DNA of 64,000 nt from the human T2T-CHM13v2.0 reference genome, Homo sapiens. Numbering within the stretch: the first letter of the stretch is position 1; each line of letters begins with the position of its first letter. This document shows positions 12,701 to 26,957 of the stretch, in pieces. The stretch is from the NCBI RefSeq assembly GCF_009914755.1, contig NC_060947.1; one strand, 5' to 3'. The notes below the pieces were generated by a model. That model made no database searches and had not been told where the DNA came from. It was given only the letters and a program-made list of their open reading frames with translations. A program made the translations under genes and the position numbers.

Positions 12701-15700
12701 AGTCCTCCAAGCCCGCTAAATAGCCACTTGCACATTGTAGAAAAAGTGTGTCAAAGCTGCGCTATCAAAGGGAAAGTTCAACTCTGTGAGGTGAATGCAA
12801 ACATCCCAAAGAAGTTTCTGAGAATGCTTCCGTTTAGCTTTTAGGTGAAGATTATCCCGTTTCCAACGAAACCTTCAAAGAGGTCCAAATATCCCCTTGC
12901 GGATCCCACAGAAAGAGTGTTTCGAAACTGCTGTTTCAAAAGGAATCTTCAACTCTGTGAGTTGAATGCAATCATCACAAAGAAGTTTCTGACAATGCTT
13001 CTCTCTCGTCTTTCTGTGAAGATAAAGGAAAAGGCTTTCAGGCCTTTGCCACCACAGGCCTGAAAGCGGTCCAAATGTCCACTTGCAGATTCTGCCAAAA
13101 GAATATTTCAAAACTGCTCTATGAAAAGCAATGTTAAACTCTGCGGCTCGAACACAAACATCACAAAGCGGTTTCTGAGAATGCTTCAGTTTAGTTTTTC
13201 TGTGGAAATATTCCCGTTTCCAAAGAAATCTTCAAAGAGGTCCACGTATCCACTTACAGATTCTACAAAAAGACAGTTTCAAAACTGCTCCATCAAAAGG
13301 AGGGTTCAACTGTGTGACTTCAATGCAATCATCACTCAGAAGTTTCTGAGAATGCTTCTCTTTAGTTTTTACGTGAACATATACCCGTTTCGAACGAAGG
13401 CCACCCAGTGGTCCAAATATCCACTTGCAGATTATACAGAAAGAGTGTTTCGAACCTGAACTCTCAAAGGCAGGTTCATCTCTGCGAGTTAAATGCATTC
13501 ATCATGAAGAACTTTCTCAGCGTTTTTGTGTTTAGTTATGGGAAATTATTCCCGTTTCCAACGAAATCCTCAGAGTGGTCCAAATATCCACCTGCAGATT
13601 CTACCAAAAGTGTATTTGGAAACTGCTCCATCAAAAGGCATGTTCAGCTCTGTGAGTGAAACTCCATCATCACAAAGAATATTCTGAGAATGCTTCCGTT
13701 TGCCTTTTATCTGAAGTTCCTTCCTATACGACCGTAGGCCTCAAAGCAGTCCAAATCTCCATTTGCAGATTCTACAAAAAGAGTGATTCCAATCTGCTCT
13801 ATCAATAGGATTGTTCAACTCCATGAGTTGAATGCCATCCTCACAAAGTCGTTTCTGAGAATGCTTCTATCTAGTTTTTATGTGAAGATATTTCCTTTTC
13901 CACCACAGGCCTCAAAGCCCTCCAAACGTCCACTTGCAGATTCTCGAAAAAGAGTGTTTTATAGCTGCTCTTTCAAAAGGAAAGTTCAACTCTGGGAGTT
14001 GAATACAAACATCACAAAGTAGTTTCCGAGAATGCTTCTGTTTAGTTTTTATGTGAAGATGATCCCGTTTCCAGTGAAATCTTCAAAGAGGTCCACATAT
14101 CCCCTTGCAGATTCCAAAGAAAGAGGGTTTCAAAACTGCTCCATCAGAAGGATTGTTCAACTCTGTGAGTTGAATGCAGTCATCGCAGAAAACTTTCTGA
14201 GAATGCTTCTGTCTAGGTTTGATGTGAAGATATAGATGTTTCAAACGAAGGCTACAAAGTGGTCAAAATATACACTTGCAGATTCTACTACAAGGGTGTT
14301 GCAAACCTGAACTATCAAAGGAAGGTTCAACTCTGTGAGTTGAATACAAACATCACAAAGAATGTTCTGAGTTTGCTTCCGTTCAGTTATGGGAAGTTGA
14401 TCCCGTTTCCAACGAAATCCTCAGAGAGGTCCAAATATCCCCTTGCAGATTCTACAAAACGTGTGTTTGGAAACTGCTCCATCATAACGAATGTTCAGCT
14501 CCCTGAGTTAAACTCCATCGTCACAAAGAATTTTCTGAGAGTGCTACCGTCTGGTTTTTATATGAAGTTCTTTCCTTCACTACCACAGGCCTCAAAGCGG
14601 TCCAAATCTCCACTTGCAGATTCTACAAAAAGAGTGTTTGCAAACTGCTCTATCAAAAGGAATGTTCAACTCTGGGAGTTGAATGCAATCATCACAGAGC
14701 AGTTTCTGAGAATGCTTCTATGTCGTTTTTAGGAGAAGATATTTCCTTTTCCAACACAGTCCTCCAAGCCCGCTAAATAGCCACTTGCACATTGTAGAAA
14801 AAGTGTGTCAAAGCTGCGCTATCAAAGGGAAAGTTCAACTCTGTGAGGTGAATGCAAACATCCCAAAGAAGTTTCTGAGAATGCTTCCGTTTAGCTTTTA
14901 GGTGAGGATTATCCCGTTTCCAACGAAACCTTCAAAGAGGTCCAAATATCCCCTTGCGGATCCCACAGAAAGAGTGTTTCGAAACTGCTGTTTCAAAAGG
15001 AATCTTCAACTCTGTGAGTTGAATGCAATCATCACAAAGAAGTTTCTGACAATGCTTCTCTCTCGTCTTTCTGTGAAGATAAAGGAAAAGGCTTTCAGGC
15101 CTTTTCCACCACAGGCCTGAAAGCGCTCCAAATGTCCACTTGCAGATTCTGTGAAAAGAATATTTCAAAACTGCTCTATGAAAAGCAATGTTAAACTCTG
15201 TGGCTCGAACACAAACATCACAAAGCAGTTTCTGAGAATGCTTCAGTTTAGTTTTTCTGTGGAAATATTCCCGTTTCCAAAGAAATCTTCAAAGAGGTCC
15301 ACGTATCCACTTACAGATTCTACAAAAAGACAGTTTCAAAACTGCTCCATCAAAAGGAGGGTTCAACTGTGTGACTTCAATGCAATCATCACTCAGAAGT
15401 TTCTGAGAATGCTTCTCTTTAGTTTTTACGTGAACATATACCCGTTTCGAACGAAGGCCACCCAGTGGTCCAAATATCCACTTGCAGATTCTACAGAAAG
15501 AGTGTTTCGAACCTGAACTCTCAAAGGCAGGTTCATCTCTGCGAGTTAAATGCATTCATCATGAAGAACTTTCTCAGAGTATTTGTGTTTAGTTATGGGA
15601 AATTATTCCCGTTTCCAAAGAAATCCTCAGAGAGCTCCAAATATCCACCTGCAGATTCTACCAAAAGTGTATTTGGAAACTGCTCCATCAAAAGGCATGT

Positions 15701-18700
15701 TCAGCTCTGTGAGTGAAACTCCATCATCACAAAGAATATTCTGAGAATGCTTCCGTTTGCCTTTTATATGAAGTTCCTTCCTGTACTACCGTAGGCCTCA
15801 AAGCAGTCCAAATCTCCATTTGCAGATTCTACAAAAAGAGTGATTCCAATCTGCTCTATCAATAGGATTGTTCAACTCCATGAGTTGAATGCCATCCTCA
15901 CAAAGTAGTTTCTGAGAATGCTTCTATCTGGTTTTTGTGTGAAGATATTTCCTTTTCCACCACAGGCCTCAAAGCCCTCCAAACGTCCACTTGCAGATTC
16001 TCGAAAAAGAGTGTTTCATAGCTGCTCTTTCAAAAGGAAAGTTCAACTCTGGGAGTTGAATACAAACATCACAAAATAGTTTCCGAGAATGCTTCAGTTT
16101 AGTTTTTATGTGAAGATGATCCCATTTCCAGTGAAATCTTCAAAGAGGTCCACATATCCCCTTGCAGATTCCAAAGAAAGAGGGTTTCAAAACTGCTCCA
16201 TCAGAAGGATTGTTCAACTCTGTGAGTTGAATGCAGTCATCGCAGAAAACTTTCTGAGAATGCTTCTGTCTAGGTTTGATGTGAAGATATAGATGTTTCA
16301 AACGAAGGCTACAAAGTGGTCAAAATATACACTTGCAGATTCTACTACAAGGGTGTTGCAAACCTGAACTATCAAAGGAAGGTTCAACTCTGTGAGTTGA
16401 ATACAAACATCACAAAGAATGTTCTGAGTTTGCTTCCGTTCAGTTATGGGAAGTTGATCCCGTTTCCAACGAAATCCTCAGAGAGGTCCAAATATCCCCT
16501 CGCAGATTCTACAAAACGTGGGTTTGGAAACTGCTCCATCATAACGAATGTTCAGCTCCCTGAGTTAAACTCCATCGTCACAAAGAATTTTCTGAGAGTG
16601 CTACCGTCTGGTTTTTATATGAAGTTCTTTCCTTCACTACCACAGGCCTCAAAGCGGTCCAAATCTCCACTTGCAGATTCTACAAAAAGAGTGTTTGCAA
16701 ACTGCTCTATCAAAAGGAATGTTCAACTCTGGGAGTTGAATGCAATCATCACAGAGCAGTTTCTGAGAATGCTTCTATGTCGTTTTTAGGAGAAGATATT
16801 TCCTTTTCCAACACAATCCTCCAAGCCCGCTAAATAGCCACTTGCACATTGTAGAAAAAGTGTGTCAAAGCTGCGCTATCAAAGGGAAAGTTCAACTCTG
16901 TGAGGTGAATGCAAACATCCCAAAGAAGTTTCTGAGAATGCTTCCGTTTAGCTTTTAGGTGAAGATTATCCCGTTTCCAACGAAACCTTCAAAGAGGTCC
17001 AAATATCCCCTTGCGGATCCCACAGAAAGAGTGTTTCGAAACTGCTGTTTCAAAAGGAATCTTCAACTCTGTGAGTTGAATGCAATCATCACAAAGAAGT
17101 TTCTGACAATGCTTCTCTCTCGTCTTTCTGTGAAGATAAAGGAAAAGGCTTTCAGGCCTTTTCCACCACAGGCCTGAAAGCGCTCCAAATGTCCACTTGC
17201 AGATTCTGCCAAAAGAATATTTCAAAACTGCTCTATGAAAAGCAATGTTAAACTCTGTGGCTGGAACACAAACATCACAAAGCGGTTTCTGAGAATGTTT
17301 CAGTTTAGTTTTTCTGTGGAAATATTCCCGTTTCCAAAGAAATCTTCAAAGAGGTCCACGTATCCACTTACAGATTCTACAAAAAGACAGTTTCAAAACT
17401 GCTCCATCAAAAGGAGGGTTCAACTGTGTGACTTGAATGCAATCATCACTCAGAAGTTTCTGAGAATGCTTCTCTTTAGTTTTTACGTGAACATATACCC
17501 GTTTCGAACGAAGGCCACCCAGTGGTCCAAATATCCACTTGCAGATTATACAGAAAGAGTGTTTCGAACCTGAACTCTCAAAGGCAGGTTCATCTCTGCG
17601 AGTTAAATGCATTCATCATGAAGAACTTTCTCAGAGTGTTTGTGTTTAGTTATGGGAAATTATTCCCGTTTCCAACGAAATCCTCAGAGAGCTCCAAATA
17701 TCCACCTGCAGATTCTACCAAAAGTGTATTTGGAAACTGCTCCATCAAAAGGCATGTTCAGCTCTGTGAGTGAAACTCCATCATCACAAAGAATATTCTG
17801 AGAATGCTTCCGTTTGCCTTTTATATGAAGTTCCTTCCTGTACTACCGTAGGCCTCAAAGCAGTCCAAATCTCCATTTGCAGATTCTACAAAAAGAGTGA
17901 TTCCAATCTGCTCTATCAATAGGATTGTTCAACTCCATGAGTTGAATGCCATCCTCACAAAGTAGTTTCTGAGAATGCTTCTATCTGGTTTTTGTGTGAA
18001 GATATTTCCTTTTCCACCACAGGCCTCAAAGCCCTCCAAACGTCCACTTGCAGATTCTCGAAAAAGAGTGTTTCATAGCTGCTCTTTCAAAAGGAAAGTT
18101 CAACTCTGGGAGTTGAATGCAAACATCACAAAATAGTTTCCGAGAATGCTTCTGTTTAGTTTTTATGTGAAGATGATCCCGTTTCCAGTGAAATCTTCAA
18201 AGAGGTCCACATATCCCCTTGCAGATTCCAAAGAAAGAGGGTTTCAAAACTGCTCCATCAGAAGGATTGTTCAACTCTGTGAGTTGAATGCAGTCATCGC
18301 AGAAAACTTTCTGAGAATGCTTCTGTCTAGGTTTGATGTGAAGATATAGACGTTTCAAACGAAGGCTACAAAGTGGTCAAAATATACACTTGCAGATTCT
18401 ACTACAAGGGTGTTGCAAACCTGAACTATCAAAGGAAGGTTCAACTCTGTGAGTTGAATACAAACATCACAAAGAATGTTCTGAGTTTGCTTCCGTTCAG
18501 TTATGGGAAGTTGATCCCGTTTCCAACGAAATCCTCAGAGAGGTCCAAATATCCCCTCGCAGATTCTACAAAACGTGTGTTTGGAAACTGCTCCATCATA
18601 ACGAATGTTCAGCTCCCTGAGTTAAACTCCATCGTCACAAAGAATTTTCTGAGAGTGCTACCGTCTGGTTTTTATATGAAGTTCTTTCCTTCACTACCAC

Positions 18701-21700
18701 AGGCCTCAAAGCGGTCCAAATCTCCACTTGCAGATTCTACAAAAAGAGTGTTTGCAAACTGCTCTATCAAAAGGAATGTTCAACTCTGGGAGTTGAATGC
18801 AATCATCACAGAGCAGTTTCTGAGAATGCTTCTATGTCGTTTTTAGGAGAAGATATTTCCTTTTCCAACACAGTCCTCCAAGCCCGCTAAATAGCCACTT
18901 GCACATTGTAGAAAAAGTGTGTCAAAGCTGCGCTATCAAAGGGAAAGTTCAACTCTGTGAGGTGAATGCAAACATCCCAAAGAAGTTTCTGAGAATGCTT
19001 CCGTTTAGCTATTAGGTGAAGATTATCCCGTTTCCAACGAAACCTTCAAAGAGGTCCAAATATCCCCTTGCGGATCCCACAGAAAGAGTGTTTCGAAACT
19101 GCTGTTTCAAAAGGAATCTTCAACTCTGTGAGTTGAATGCAATCATCACAAAGAAGTTTCTGACAATGCTTCTCTCTCGTCTTTCTGTGAAGATAAAGGA
19201 AAAGGCTTTCAGGCCTTTGCCACCACAGGCCTGAAAGCGCTCCAAATGTCCACTTGCAGATTCTGCCAAAAGAATATTTCAAAACTGCTCTATGAAAAGC
19301 AATGTTAACCTCTGCGGCTCGAACACAAACATCACAAAGCGGTTTCTGAGAATGCTTCAGTTTAGTTTTTCTGTGGAAATATTCCCGTTTCCAAAGAAAT
19401 CTTCAAAGAGGTCCACGTATCCACTTACAGATTCTACAAAAAGACAGTTTCAAAACTGCTCCATCAAAAGGAGGGTTCAACTGTGTGACTTGAATGCAAT
19501 CATCACTCAGAAGTTTCTGAGAATGCTTCTCTTTAGTTTTTACGTGAACATATACCCGTTTCGAACGAAGGCCACCCAGTGGTCCAAATATCCACTTGCA
19601 GATTATACAGAAAGAGTGTTTCGAACCTGAACTCTCAAAGGCAGGTTCATCTCTGCGAGTTAAATGCATTCATCATGAAGAACTTTCTCAGCGTGTTTGT
19701 GTTTAGTTATGGGAAATTATTCCCGTTTCCAATGAAATCCTCAAAGAGCTCCAAATATCCACCTGCAGATTCTACCAAAAGTGTATTTGGAAACTGCTCC
19801 ATCAAAAGGCATGTTCAGCTCTGTGAGTGAAACTCCATCATCACAAAGAATATTCTGAAAATGCTTCCGTTTGCCTTTTATATGAAGTTCCTTCCTATAC
19901 GACCGTAGGCCTCAAAGCAGTCCAAATCTCCATTTGCAGATTCTACAAAAAGAGTGATTCCAATCTGCTCTATCAATAGGATTGTTCAACTCCATGAGTT
20001 GAATGCCATCCTCACAAAGTAGTTTCTGAGAATGCTTCTATCTAGTTTTTATGTGAAGATATTTCCTTTTCCACCACAGGCCTCAAAGCCCTCCAAACGT
20101 CCACTTGCAGATTCTCGAAAAAGAGTGTTTCATAGCTGCTCTTTCAAAAGGAAAGTTCACCTCTGGCAGTTGAATACAAACATCACAAAGTAGTTTCCGA
20201 GAATGCTTCTGTTTAGTTTTTATGTGAAGATGATCCCGTTTCCAGTGAAATCTTCAAAGAGGTCCACATATCCCCTTGCAGATTCCAAAGAAAGAGGGTT
20301 TCAAAACTGCTCCATCAGAAGGATTGTTCAACTCTGTGAGTTGAATGCAGTCATCGCAGAAAACTTTCTGAGAATGCTTCTGTCTAGGTTTGATGTGAAG
20401 ATATAGACGTTTCAAACGAAGGCTACAAAGTGGTCAAAATATACACTTGCAGATTCTACTACAAGGGTGTTGCAAACCTGAACTATCAAAGGAAGGTTCA
20501 ACTCTGTGAGTTGAATGCAAACATCACAAAGAATGTTCTGAGTTTGCTTCCGTTCAGTTATGGGAAGTTGATCCCGTTTCCAACGAAATCCTCAGAGAGG
20601 TCCAAATATCCCCTTGCAGATTCTACAAAACGTGTGTTTGGAAACTGCTCCATCATAACGAATGTTCAGCTCCCTGAGTTAAACTCCATCGTCACAAAGA
20701 ATTTTCTGAGAGTGCTACCGTCTGGTTTTTATATGAAGTTCTTTCCTTCACTACCACAGGCCTCAAAGCGGTCCAAATCTCCACTTGCAGATTCTACAAA
20801 AAGAGTGTTTGCAAACTGCTCTATCAAAAGGAATGTTCAACTCTGGGAGTTGAATGCAATCATCACAGAGCAGTTTCTGAGAATGCTTCTATGTCGTTTT
20901 TAGGAGAAGATATTTCCTTTTCCAACACAATCCTCCAAGCCCGCTAAATAGCCACTTGCACATTGTAGAAAAAGTGTGTCAAAGCTGCGCTATCAAAGGG
21001 AAAGTTCAACTCTGTGAGGTGAATGCAAACATCCCAAAGAAGTTTCTGAGAATGCTTCCGTTTAGCTTTTAGGTGAAGATTATCCCGTTTCCAACGAAAC
21101 CTTCAAAGAGGTCCAAATATCCCCTTGCGGATCCCACAGAAAGAGTGTTTCGAAACTGCTGTTTCAAAAGGAATCTTCAACTCTGTGAGTTGAATGCAAT
21201 CATCACAAAGAAGTTTCTGACAATGCTTCTCTCTCGTCTTTCTGTGAAGATAAAGGAAAAGGCTTTCAGGCCTTTGCCACCACAGGCCTGAAAGCGCTCC
21301 AAATGTCCACTTGCAGATTCTGCCAAAAGAATATTTCAAAACTGCTCTATGAAAAGCAATGTTAAACTCTGTGGCTGGAACACAAACATCACAAAGCGGT
21401 TTCTGAGAATGTTTCAGTTTAGTTTTTCTGTGGAAATATTCCCGTTTCCAAAGAAATCTTCAAAGAGGTCCACGTATCCACTTACAGATTCTACAAAAAG
21501 ACAGTTTCAAAACTGCTCCATCAAAAGGAGGGTTCAACTGTGTGACTTGAATGCAATCATCACTCAGAAGTTTCTGAGAATGCTTCTCTTTAGTTTTTAC
21601 GTGAACATATACCCGTTTCGAACGAAGGCCACCCAGTGGTCCAAATATCCACTTGCAGATTATACAGAAAGAGTGTTTCGAACCTGAACTCTCAAAGGCA

Positions 21701-24700
21701 GGTTCATCTCTGCGAGTTAAATGCATTCATCATGAAGAACTTTCTCAGAGTGTTTGTGTTTAGTTATGGGAAATTATTCCCGTTTCCAACGAAATCCTCA
21801 GAGAGCTCCAAATATCCACCTGCAGATTCTACCAAAAGTGTATTTGGAAACTGCTCCATCAAAAGGCATGTTCAGCTCTGTCAGTGAAACTCCATCATCA
21901 CAAAGAATATTCTGAGAATGCTTCCGTTTGCCTTTTATATGAAGTTCCTTCCTGTACTACCGTAGGCCTCAAAGCAGTCCAAATCTCCATTTGCAGATTC
22001 TACAAAAAGAGTGATTCCAATCTGCTCTATCAATAGGATTGTTCAACTCCATGAGTTGAATGCCATCCTCACAAAGTCGTTTCTGAGAATGCTTCTATCT
22101 GGTTTTTGTGTGAAGATATTTCCTTTTCCACCACAGGCCTCAAAGCCCTCCAAACGTCCACTTGCAGATTCTCGAAAAAGAGTGTTTCATAGCTGCTCTT
22201 TCAAAAGGAAAGTTCAACTCTGGGAGTTGAATACAAACATCACAAAATAGTTTCCGAGAATGCTTCTGTTTAGTTTTTATGTGAAGATGATCCCGTTTCC
22301 AGTGAAATCTTCAAAGAGGTCCACATATCCCCTTGCAGATTCCAAAGAAAGAGGGTTTAAAAACTGCTCCATCAGAAGGATTGTTCAACTCTGTGAGTTG
22401 AATGCAGTCATCGCAGAAAACTTTCTGAGAATGCTTCTGTCTAGTTTTGATGTGAAGATATAGACGTTTCAAACGAAGGCTACAAAGTGGTCAAAATATA
22501 CACTTGCAGATTCTACTACAAGGGTGTTGCAAACCTGAACTATCAAAGGAAGGTTCAACTCTGTGAATTGAATACAAACATCACAAAGAATGTTCTGAGT
22601 TTGCTTCCGTTCAGTTATGGGAAGTTGATCCCGTTTCCAACGAAATCCTCAGAGAGGTCCAAATATCCCCTCGCAGATTCTACAAAACGTGTGTTTGGAA
22701 ACTGCTCCATCATAACGAATGTTCAGCTCCCTGAGTTAAACTCCATCGTCACAAAGAATTTTCTGAGAGTGCTACCGTCTGGTTTTTATATGAAGTTCTT
22801 TCCTTCACTACCACAGGCCTCAAAGCGGTCCAAATCTCCACTTGCAGATTCTACAAAAAGAGTGTTTGCAAACTGCTCTATCAAAAGGAATGTTCAACTC
22901 TGGGAGTTGAATGCAATCATCACAGAGCAGTTTCTGAGAATGCTTCTATGTCGTTTTTAGGAGAAGATATTTCCTTTTCCAACACAGTCCTCCAAGCCCG
23001 CTAAATAGCCACTTGCACATTGTAGAAAAAGTGTGTCAAAGCTGCGCTATCAAAGGGAAAGTTCAACTCTGTGAGGTGAATGCAAACATCCCAAAGAAGT
23101 TTCTGAGAATGCTTCCGTTTAGCTTTTAGGTGAAGATTATCCCGTTTCCAACGAAACCTTCAAAGAGGTCCAAATATCCCCTTGCGGATCCCACAGAAAG
23201 AGTGTTTCAAAACTGCTGTTTCAAAAGGAATCTTCAACTCTGTGAGTTGAATGCAATCATCACAAAGAAGTTTCTGACAATGCTTCTCTCTCGTCTTTCT
23301 GTGAAGATAAAGGAAAAGGCTTTCAGGCCTTTTCCACCACAGGCCTGAAAGCGCTCCAAATGTCCACTTGCAGATTCTGCCAAAAGAATATTTCAAAACT
23401 GCTCTATGAAAAGCAATGTTAAACTCTGTGGCTGGAACACAAACATCACAAAGCGGTTTCTGAGAATGTTTCAGTTTAGTTTTTCTGTGGAAATATTCCC
23501 GTTTCCAAAGAAATCTTCAAAGAGGTCCACGTATCCACTTACAGATTCTACAAAAAGACAGTTTCAAAACTGCTCCATCAAAAGGAGGGTTCAACTGTGT
23601 GACTTGAATGCAATCATCACTCAGAAGTTTCTGAGAATGCTTCTCTTTAGTTTTTACGTGAACATATACCCGTTTCGAACGAAGGCCACCCAGTGGTCCA
23701 AATATCCACTTGCAGATTCTACAGAAAGAGTGTTTCGAACCTGAACTCTCAAAGGCAGGTTCATCTCTGCGAGTTAAATGCATTCGTCATGAAGAACTTT
23801 CTCAGAGTGTTTGTGTTTAGTTATGGGAAATTATTCCCGTTTCCAACGAAATCCTCAGAGAGCTCCAAATATCCACCTGCAGATTCTACCAAAAGTGTAT
23901 TTGGAAACTGCTCCATCAAAAGGCATGTTCAGCTCTGTGAGTGAAACTCCATCATCACAAAGAATATTCTGAGAATGCTTCCGTTTGCCTTTTATCTGAA
24001 GTTCCTTCCTGTACTACCGTAGGCCTCAAAGCAGTCCAAATCTCCATTTGCAGATTCTATAAAAAGAGTGATTCCAATCTGCTCTATCAATAGGATTGTT
24101 CAACTCCATGAGTTGAATGCCATCCTCACAAAGTAGTTTCTGAGAATGCTTCTATCTGGTTTTTGTGTGAAGATATTTCCTTTTCCACCACAGGCCTCAA
24201 AGCCCTCCAAACGTCCACTTGCAGATTCTCGAAAAAGAGTGTTTCATAGCTGCTCTTTCAAAAGGAAAGTTCAACTCTGGGAGTTGAATGCAAACATCAC
24301 AAAATAGTTTCCGAGAATGCTTCTGTTTAGTTTTTATGTGAAGATGATCCCGTTTCCAGTGAAATCTTCAAAGAGGTCCACATATCCCCTTGCAGATTCC
24401 AAAGAAAGAGGGTTTCAAAACTGCTCCATCAGAAGGATTGTTCAACTCTGTGAGTTGAATGCAGTCATCGCAGAAAACTTTCTGAGAATGCTTCTGTCTA
24501 GGTTTGGTGTGAAGATATAGATGTTTCAAACGAAGGCTACAAAGTGGTCAAAATATACACTTGCAGATTCTACTACAAGGGTGTTGCAAACCTGAACTAT
24601 CAAAGGAAGGTTCAACTCTGTGAGTTGAATACAAACATCACAAAGAATGTTCTGAGTTTGCTTCCGTTCAGTTATGGGAAGTTGATCCCGTTTCCAACGA

Positions 24701-25242
24701 AATCCTCAGAGAGGTCCAAATATCCCCTTGCAGATTCTACAAAACGTGTGTTTGGAAACTGCTCCATCATAACGAATGTTCAGCTCCCTGAGTTAAACTC
24801 CATCGTCACAAAGAATTTTCTGAGAGTGCTACCGTCTGGTTTTTATATGAAGTTCTTTCCTTCACTACCACAGGCCTCAAAGCGGTCCAAATCTCCACTT
24901 GCAGATTCTACAAAAAGAGTGTTTGCAAACTGCTCTATCAAAAGGAATGTTCAACTCTGGGAGTTGAATGCAATCATCACAGAGCAGTTTCTGAGAATGC
25001 TTCTATGTCGTTTTTAGGAGAAGATATTTCCTTTTCCAACACAGTCCTCCAAGCCCGCTAAATAGCCACTTGCACATTGTAGAAAAAGTGTGTCAAAGCT
25101 GCGCTATCAAAGGGAAAGTTCAACTCTGTGAGGTGAATGCAAACATCCCAAAGAAGTTTCTGAGAATGCTTCCGTTTAGCTTTTAGGTGAAGATTATCCC
25201 GTTTCCAACGAAACCTTCAAAGAGGTCCAAATATCCCCTTGC

Positions 25243-26957
25243 GGATCCCACAGAAAGAGTGTTTCGAAACTGCTGTTTCAAAAGGAATCTTCAACTCTGT
25301 GAGTTGAATGCAATCATCACAAAGAAGTTTCTGACAATGCTTCTCTCTCGTCTTTCTGTGAAGATAAAGGAAAAGGCTTTCAGGCCTTTGCCACCACAGG
25401 CCTGAAAGCGGTCCAAATGTCCACTTGCAGATTCTGCCAAAAGAATATTTCAAAACTGCTCTATGAAAAGCAATGTTAAACTCTGCGGCTCGAACACAAA
25501 CATCACAAAGCGGTTTCTGAGAATGCTTCAGTTTAGTTTTTCTGTGGAAATATTCCCGTTTCCAAAGAAATCTTCAAAGAGGTCCACGTATCCACTTACA
25601 GATTCTACAAAAAGACAGTTTCAAAACTGCTCCATCAAAAGGAGGGTTCAACTGTGTGACTTCAATGCAATCATCACTCAGAAGTTTCTGAGAATGCTTC
25701 TCTTTAGTTTTTACGTGAACATATACCCGTTTCGAACGAAGGCCACCCAGTGGTCCAAATATCCACTTGCAGATTCTACAGAAAGAGTGTTTCGAACCTG
25801 AACTCTCAAAGGCAGGTTCATCTCTGCGAGTTAAATGCATTCATCATGAAGAACTTTCTCAGCGTGTTTGTGTTTAGTTATGGGAAATTATTCCCGTTTC
25901 CAACGAAATCCTCAAAGAGCTCCAAATATCCACCTGCAGATTCTACCAAAAGTGTATTTGGAAACTGCTCCATCAAAAGGCATGTTCAGCTCTGTGAGTG
26001 AAACTCCATCATCACAAAGAATATTCCGAGAATGCTTCTGTTTAGTTTTTATGTGAAGATGATCCCGTTTCCAGTGAAATCTTCAAAGAGGTCCACATAT
26101 CCCCTTGCAGATTCCAAAGAAAGAGGGTTTAAAAACTGCTCCATCAGAAGGATTGTTCAACTCTGTGAGTTGAATGCAGTCATCGCAGAAAACTTTCTGA
26201 GAATGCTTCTGTCTAGGTTTGATGTGAAGATATAGACGTTTCAAACGAAGGCTACAAAGTGGTCAAAATATACACTTGCAGATTCTACTACAAGGGTGTT
26301 GCAAACCTGAACTATCAAAGGAAGGTTCAACTCTGTGAGTTGAATACAAACATCACAAAGAATGTTCTGAGTTTGCTTCCGTTCAGTTATGGGAAGTTGA
26401 TCCCGTTTCCAACGAAATCCTCAGAGAGGTCCAAATATCCCCTCGCAGATTCTACAAAACGTGTGTTTGGAAACTGCTCCATCATAAAGAATGTTCAGCT
26501 CCCTGAGTTAAACTCCATCGTCACAAAGAATTTTCTGAGAGTGCTACCGTCTGGTTTTTATATGAAGTTCTTTCCTTCACTACGACAGGCCTCAAAGCGG
26601 TCCAAATCTCCACTTGCAGATTCTACAAAAAGAGTGTTTGCAAACTGCTCTATCAAAAGGAATGTTCAACTCTGGGAGTTGAATGCAATCATCACAGAGC
26701 AGTTTCTGAGAATGCTTCTATGTCGTTTTTAGGAGAAGATATTTCCTTTTCCAACACAGTCCTCCAAGCCCGCTAAATAGCCACTTGCACATTGTAGAAA
26801 AAGTGTGTCAAAGCTGCGCTATCAAAGGGAAAGTTCAACTCTGTGAGGTGAATGCAAACATCCCAAAGAAGTTTCTGAGAATGCTTCCGTTTAGCTTTTA
26901 GGTGAAGATTATCCCGTTTCCAACGAAACCTTCAAAGAGGTCCAAATATCCCCTTGC
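25243..26957 (-). repeat. 10-mer HOR variant (1715 bp, 342-bp two-monomer deletion), junction 26024-26026
   Basis: BamHI spacing 1715. Hybrid junction CACAAAGAATATTC|CGAGAATGCTTCTGTTTAG. Confidence 0.93.
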
